From positions 52,980,280-53,019,233 of the forward strand of contig NC_057718.1 in the NCBI RefSeq assembly GCF_004010195.1: a stretch of 38,954 nucleotides of DNA, read 5' to 3'. Positions within the stretch are counted from its first letter, which is position 1, and every line of letters begins with the position of its first letter. Shown piece by piece: positions 32,947-38,954 of this stretch. Under the pieces are notes generated by a model. That model did no database searches. It saw nothing but the letters and a program-made list of their open reading frames with translations, and was not told where the DNA came from. The position numbers and the translations under genes were made by a program. This DNA is from Chiloscyllium plagiosum. Taxonomy: Eukaryota.

Positions 32947-34285
32947 TGTAGTAACTGCAGAGAGATCCTTATCTCCTCACCAAGTCACCCTTTATTTACA
33001 AGTGCACTGTCCATGGACTCTAACCAGCCAGCTCAGAGCCAGTCCCTAGAGTGAGAAGACTCCGAGACTCCTGTTTATACCCTGTCCCACAGGGGTCCCT
33101 GATTGGTCCAGGTTAACAGCCCCAGCCAGGGAACTCATACTCAATGAGATCCTCATTCCAATCACTATTTCCCCCCCACCTCTGGTAAGTCCGGGAATGT
33201 AGGCCTGCTCTGTTTTTTGGAGCTCCCCCCGGCATGCTTTCACCCAAGGTCTGGTTCCTCCAACTCTGATGCAGACACAGGCGGACCCATAGTTGGCCTC
33301 TTGCTTCCGAAGCATCTAAGAAATTCATCTTTTTCTTCTGGCAGTAACATTATCAAGGTTGCATTCACCTCGGCCTCTGAGGTTTGTTTGAAGCTAGACG
33401 GAAGAGGAGAACCCACAGTTTCTGACAGCCTTTGTGGCTGTTCTGAGGGGCCAGGTATGTTTAGATCTTGGCCTGCTTGTGCAGTAATTGCTTTCAGTTA
33501 GTACACGTGTGTTCGGGATTGTCTCACCTAACTGATCTTTTAATGTCAAGGGACCTGACCTTGTGTCAACCTTGCCTCGTACCCATGTGGTTTCTGTGGT
33601 TTCAACACCAAACTCTGTCCCCTGAAATAAACTGTCTCTCTCACTAAGAGGACGCATATAGTTGGCATTGGCATTCCTGTTGCCGTTTCATCTTCCCCTG
33701 CCCAGGTTTGGGAATATCAGATTTAACCTAGTGTGGTCTATTCCCATCGGCAACACTGCTAGAGCTATCTGTGTAGTTGTGTGAGGATGGCCCTATAATC
33801 AAATAGGAACCGGGACAGTTTGACATCGAGTGAAGCTATAGGCTATTTCTTTAAGTCTGCTTTCAACATTTGGACTGTTCTTTCCACCAGACCATTGAAT
33901 GATATATGGTATGGATCTGTCTGAACATTCTGAATCCCATTTGACTTTGGAAAATCCTTGAAGTCCCTGCTGATAAATTGGGTCCTATTGTTCATGACCA
34001 ATACTTCTCGGAGACCATATATCACAAACGATGCTCGCAGCTTTTCAATTGTCATCCCTGAGTTTGCCAAATGAACTCTATGCATGTCATACCATTTTGA
34101 ATGGGTATACACAATGACCAAAAAAATTGAGCTCATGAAAAGACCAGTAGATTAGGCCTGCAACCAAGTTAGGGGGTTTAGCAGCCATTCCCATGAATAT
34201 GGAGGAATGATAATTTTTGTCCTCATTGGCATTCTGGGCATTACCCCACCAATGCAGGATGGGTAATCCAAGATGGAGGATGGGA
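32947..34285 (-). mobile_element. Gypsy-type LTR retrotransposon 3' part: integrase remnant, PPT, 3' LTR
   Basis: CPECQ, FLVIV..HSKW, IEKLRASF..YGL.EVLV.NN.TQF.S and PYH.S.NGLVERTVQ. G7 polypurine tract at 33171-33177. LTR 32947-33168 has TATAAA, AATAAA and a terminal CA. Confidence 0.9.
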
Positions 34286-34289
34286 AACA

Positions 34290-37200
34290 TTTGTGGGTGT
34301 AAAAGCTGCTCCTTTTTTGAGGTATTTTAGGTGCTGGAGGTGATTTCCTCGAATTCCAGGAGCAGCAATTACTGTTTTATATGCTGTTATATTGTTTTGG
34401 AACTTTGGAGGAAAAAAGGCAAAACAACAGTATTTTTAAAAGGGAGAATTACAGACAATAGGCAGCACATAATCAGTGAAGGAGAGAGAGAGAGAATCCC
34501 ACTGCTAACTAACACAGTTACTGCCTTTGCTGTTTGAATTCATGTATCATTGGGCATGGGAGGATTTCTCAGAAAACTTAACAAATAGTGAAATTCACAA
34601 CTGATCTTGGAGGAACTGATCTTGCAGAGGTCACAGCACAGAAATAGATAAGTGTGTAACTTTAAGCATAGCCTTGCTGTAATTCTACAATAGTGAGTAG
34701 AGTGGCTTGTTTCTTCATTCCATGTTTTATTGAGATCTGTCTCTTGATTAAATTTTAAAAATATAAGCCATAGGTACTAAGTTAACCTGGAAAAGTGTTT
34801 TGTAGAGCAATAAGATGGTGCTATTTTCTGGGCCTGTAGAGCGGAAGAAGCAAAAATGGCCCTTTGTAAAGTGATATGCTCTTTTTGTCAGATGCGGGAG
34901 TTAAGGGAGAGTGTACGTGTTACTGAAGATTAGATCTGCAATAAATGTCATTGGTTGCAAATCCTATCCTATTGAATGGATCAGTTGGAGTGACAGTTCA
35001 AGCAAATGAGGATTTACAAGAGCAAAGGGGTGGGATGGATGGCAGTTACAGAAAAGGAGAAAAGTCGCAGATACAGTCACATAACTCCAGGAAAAGTAGG
35101 AGAGGTAGGCAGGTAGTGTAGCAGTCTTCTGTGGTTATCCCCATTTCAAACAAGTATGCTGTTTTGGAAAATGTAGGGAGTGATGGATTCTCAGGGAAAT
35201 GTAGCACGAACAGCCAAGTTTCTAGTATCAAGAATGGCTCTAATGTAATGAGGGATACATCGAGTTCCAAGAGATCAATTGTAATAGGGGACCTCTCTAG
35301 TCAGAGGCACAAACAAGTGTTCTGGTTCCAGCAGTGAGAAATCAGAATGGTGTGTTGCTTCCCTGCTGCCAGGATCAAGGATGTCTCAAGGAGGAGAGGG
35401 ACCAGCAGGATGTCATTGGAACCAATGACATAGGAAAGGAAAAGGATGAGATTCTGAAGGGAGAATATAGAAAGTTTGTCAGGAATTTAAAAAGGAGATC
35501 CTCGAGGGTAGTAATATCGAGATTACTCGTGGTGCTGCGAGCTAGTTAGAGTAAGAATAGGATAGAGCAGATGAATGCATGGCTGAGGAGCTGGTTGTAT
35601 CAGGGAAGGATTTACATGTTTGGATCATTGGAATCTCTTCTGGTGTAGACGTGACCTCTACAAGAAGGATGGATTGCATCTGAATTGGAAGAGGATTAAT
35701 ATACTGGCAGGGATATTTACTCGAGCTGCTCGGGAGGACTTAAACTAGTAAGTTTGGGGGTGGGATCCAGGGAGATGCTGAGGAAAGAGATCAATCTGAG
35801 ACTGGTACAGTTGATAAAAGAAGCGAGTCAAACAGCAAGGGCAGGCAGCGACAAAGCAGAAAACAAGGTAGAAATTAAACTGCATTTATTTCAATGCAAG
35901 AGGCCTAACAGGGAAGACAGATGAACTCAGGGCATGGTTAGGGACATGGGACTGGGATATCATAGTAATTACAGATAGGTGGCTCAGGGATAGACAGGAC
36001 TGGTAGCTTCATGTTCCAGGATACAAATGCTACAGGAAGGACAGAAAGGGAGGCAAGAGAGGAGGGGGAGTGGCATTTTTGATCAGGGATAATGTTACAG
36101 CTGTACATAGGGAGGATATTCCCAGAAATACATTCAGGGAAGTTATTTGGATGGAACTGAAAATAAGAAAGGGCTGATCATCTTATTGGGACTGTGTTAC
36201 AGAACTGCTAATTGTCAGCAGGAAACAAATTTGGAAGGAGATCTCAGTTATCTGTAAGAATAATAAGGTGGTTACGGTAGGGAATTTTAACTTTCCAAAC
36301 ATAGACTGGGACTGCCATAGTGTTAAGGGTTTAGATGGAGAGGAATTTGGTAATTATGTACAAGAAAAGTTTCTGATTCAGTATGTGGATGTACCTATGA
36401 GAGAAGGCGCAAAACTTGACCTACTCTTGGGAAATAAGACAGGTAAGGTGACTGAGGTGACTGTGGGGGAGCACTTTGGGGCCAATGAGCATAATTCTAT
36501 TAGTTTTAAAATAGTGAAGGAAAAGGGTAGGCTAGATCTAAAAGTTGAAATTCTAAATTGGACGAAGGCTAATTTTGACTGTATGAGGCAAGAATTTTCA
36601 AAAGCTGATTGGGGACAGATGTTCGCAGGTAAAGGGGTGGCTGGAAAATGAGAAGCCTTCAGAAATGAGAAAACGAGAGTTCAGAGACATTATATTCCTG
36701 TTAGGGCTAAAGGAAAGGCTGGTAGGTGTAGGGTAAACTGGATGACTAGAGAAATTAAGGGTTTACTTAAGAAAAAGAAGGAAGCATATGTCAGGTATAG
36801 ACAGGATAGATTGAGTGAATCCTTGGAAGAGTATAAAGGCAGTAGGAGTATACTTAAGAGGGAAATCAGAAGGGCAAAAAGGCGACATGAAATAGCTTTG
36901 GTAAACAGGGTAAAGGAGAATCCAAAGGTTTTTACAAATACATTTAAGGACAAAAGAATAACTAGGGAGAGATTAGTGGCCCCTCAAAGATCACAGGAGA
37001 TGGGAGAAGATACTAACCAAGTATTTTGTATCAGTGTTTACTGTGGAGAAGGACATGGAAGATTTGGATTGTGGGGAAATAGATGGTGACATCTTGAAAA
37101 ATGTCCATATTACAGAGGAGGAAGTGCTGGATGTCTTGAAACGTATAAAGGTGGATAAATCCCAGGATCCAATCAGGTGTACCCGAGAACTCTATGGGAA

Positions 37201-37752
37201 GCTAGGGAAGTGATTGCTGGGTCCCTTGCTGAGATATTTGTATCATTGATAGTCACAGGTGAGGTGCCGGAATACTGGAGGTTGGCTAACATGGCACCAC
37301 TATTTCAGAAAGGTGATAGGGATAAGCCAGGGAACGATAGACCAGTAAGCCTGACATCAGTATTGGGCAAATTGTTGGAGGGAATCCTCAGGGACAGGAT
37401 GTACATGTATTTGGAAAGGCAAGGATGGATTAGGGAAAGTCAACATGGCTTTATGCATGGGAAATTATGTCTCATAAACTTGATTGAGTTTTTTATAGAA
37501 GTAACAAAGAGGATTGATGAGGGCAGAATGGTGGATAAGGTCTATATGAACTTCAGTAAGGCGTTCGACAAGGTTCCCCATGGGAGACTGGTTGCCAAGT
37601 TAAGATCTCATGGAATACAGGGAGAACTAACTATTTGGATACAGAACTGGCTCAAAGGTAGAAGACAGAGGGTGGTGGTGGTGGGTTGTTTTTCAGACTG
37701 GAGGCCTGTGACCAGTGGAATGCCACAAGGATTGGTGCTGGGTCCTCTACTT
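34290..37752 (+). mobile_element. CR1 LINE with 5'UTR, ORF1 and ORF2 remnants, 3'-truncated
   Basis: ORF1 from ATG 34856 (CSFC...CNKC, IVIGD, IGTND); endonuclease (CIYFNARGL, VGNFNFP, LDLLLGN); RT (RPVSLTS, SQHGF, FSKAFDKVPH, PQGLVLGPLL). Confidence 0.93.
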
Positions 37753-38595
37753 TTGAATTGAATTGAATTGAAATGAATTGAATTTATTGGCACGTGTACC
37801 GAGGCACAGTGAAAATCTTTGTCTTGCAAGCATACAGGCAGATCACAGAGTTAAGTAGCATAGGTAGTGAATAATAGGTAATCAGCGGCAAAAACAAAAA
37901 CACAGGTACAGGAGAATATTAAGAGTTTGTGAGTCCATTCAGTATTCTAACAACAGTAGAGTAGAAACTGTTATGAAACAGGCTGGTGCGTGTGTTTAGG
38001 CTTGTAGATTGTAGAAAAACATTGCCAGGGTGGCATGGATCTTTAAGAATGCTGGCAGACTTTCCTTGACAGCAGGCATGGTAGATGGGTGGTTGGCCTT
38101 TGTGATTGTCCAGGCCGAGTTCACCAATCTCTGTAACCGTCTCAGATATTGAATGGTACACTAGCCATACCCGGCAGTGATATATCCAGACAGAATGCTC
38201 TCGATGGTGCACCGATAAAAATTGGCAAAGGTATTTGCCATCATGCCAAATTTCCTCAGCTGCCTGAGGAAGAAGAGAGGCTGTTGTAATCAGTGCATCC
38301 ACATGAGGAGTCCAAAAAAGCTTGCTCTGGATGACCACTCCCAGGAGCTTGACACTGTCCATTCGTTCCACCTCTGTGCTGTTAATGTGTAGAGGGGCAT
38401 AAGTAACATCCTGTCGAAAGTCAATAATGAGTCACTTGGTTTTGCCGGCATTAGAGCTAGGTTGTTCTCAGTGCATCATTTTTCCAGATCTTCTGCCTCC
38501 TGTCTGTAGTCTGTTTCGTCGCCATCTGACATTTGACCAACTATGGTGGTATCATCAGCGAACTTGTAAATGGCATTAGTCTGGTATTTGGCAGT
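37752..38595 (-). mobile_element. Rex1/Babar-type LINE 3' fragment with (TTCAA)n tail
   Basis: Minus strand YKFADDTTIVGQMSDGDETDYRQE, CTENNLAL, KTK*LIIDFR, VKLLGVVI, RTSLFHNSFY; tail cactgtgcctcggtacacgtgccaataaa plus (TTCAA)n. Confidence 0.88.
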
Positions 38596-38636
38596 TAGTT
38601 CCTGGTTTCAGTTATCGCTGATTGGTACTGGTGCAT

Positions 38637-38954
38637 ACCAGGGAGAAGGCAATTCTGGATCTGGTATTGTGCAACAAACCAGAATTGATCAGGGACCTCG
38701 AAGTGAAGGAGTCGTTAGGAGGTAGTGACTATAATACAATAAGCTTCAATCTGCAACTTGAAAGGGAGAGGGTACAATTGGTAGCGACAATATTTCAGTT
38801 GAATAAAGGGAACTATGGAGCTATGAGGGAGGAGCTGGCCAAAGTTCAATGGTGCAATACCTTAGCAGGGATGACAGTGGAGGAACAATGCCAGATATTT
38901 CTGGGTATAATGCAGAAGATACAGGATCAGTTCATTCCAAAAAGGAAGAAAGAT
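38637..38954 (+). mobile_element. CR1 endonuclease C-terminal fragment (different subfamily), runs off the window
   Basis: TREKAILDLVLCNKPELIRDLEVKESLGGSDYNTISFNL...NKGNYGAMREELA. Confidence 0.88.

Noticed and set aside
22966..33168. The two LTRs as ends of one 10-kb element
   Set aside because: They are in opposite orientation and diverged, and the Gypsy internal region lies outside the interval.

Overview
Eukaryotic (vertebrate) genomic DNA made mostly of transposable elements. No host protein-coding exon, rRNA, true tRNA gene or CRISPR array was recognised. The repeat inventory points to a cartilaginous fish (shark/ray): five HE1-type tRNA-derived SINEs, many CR1 LINEs with esterase ORF1, plus L2, Rex1/Babar, Penelope-like elements (PLEs), a Gypsy fragment and solo LTR, and a Harbinger remnant. 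The organism call is inference from recalled repeat families, not a database search. Highlights: (1) six minimal type-I hammerhead ribozyme motifs in PLE termini, including a 293-bp non-coding palindromic cassette with three hammerheads flanked by a perfect 73-bp direct repeat; (2) an apparent non-autonomous retroposon carrying a 24 x 34-bp VNTR and a Rex1-like tail (SVA-like layout); (3) a near-full-length CR1 whose RT core is scrambled, split exactly at the FA|DD motif with one block inverted. Boundaries of old fragments are approximate.
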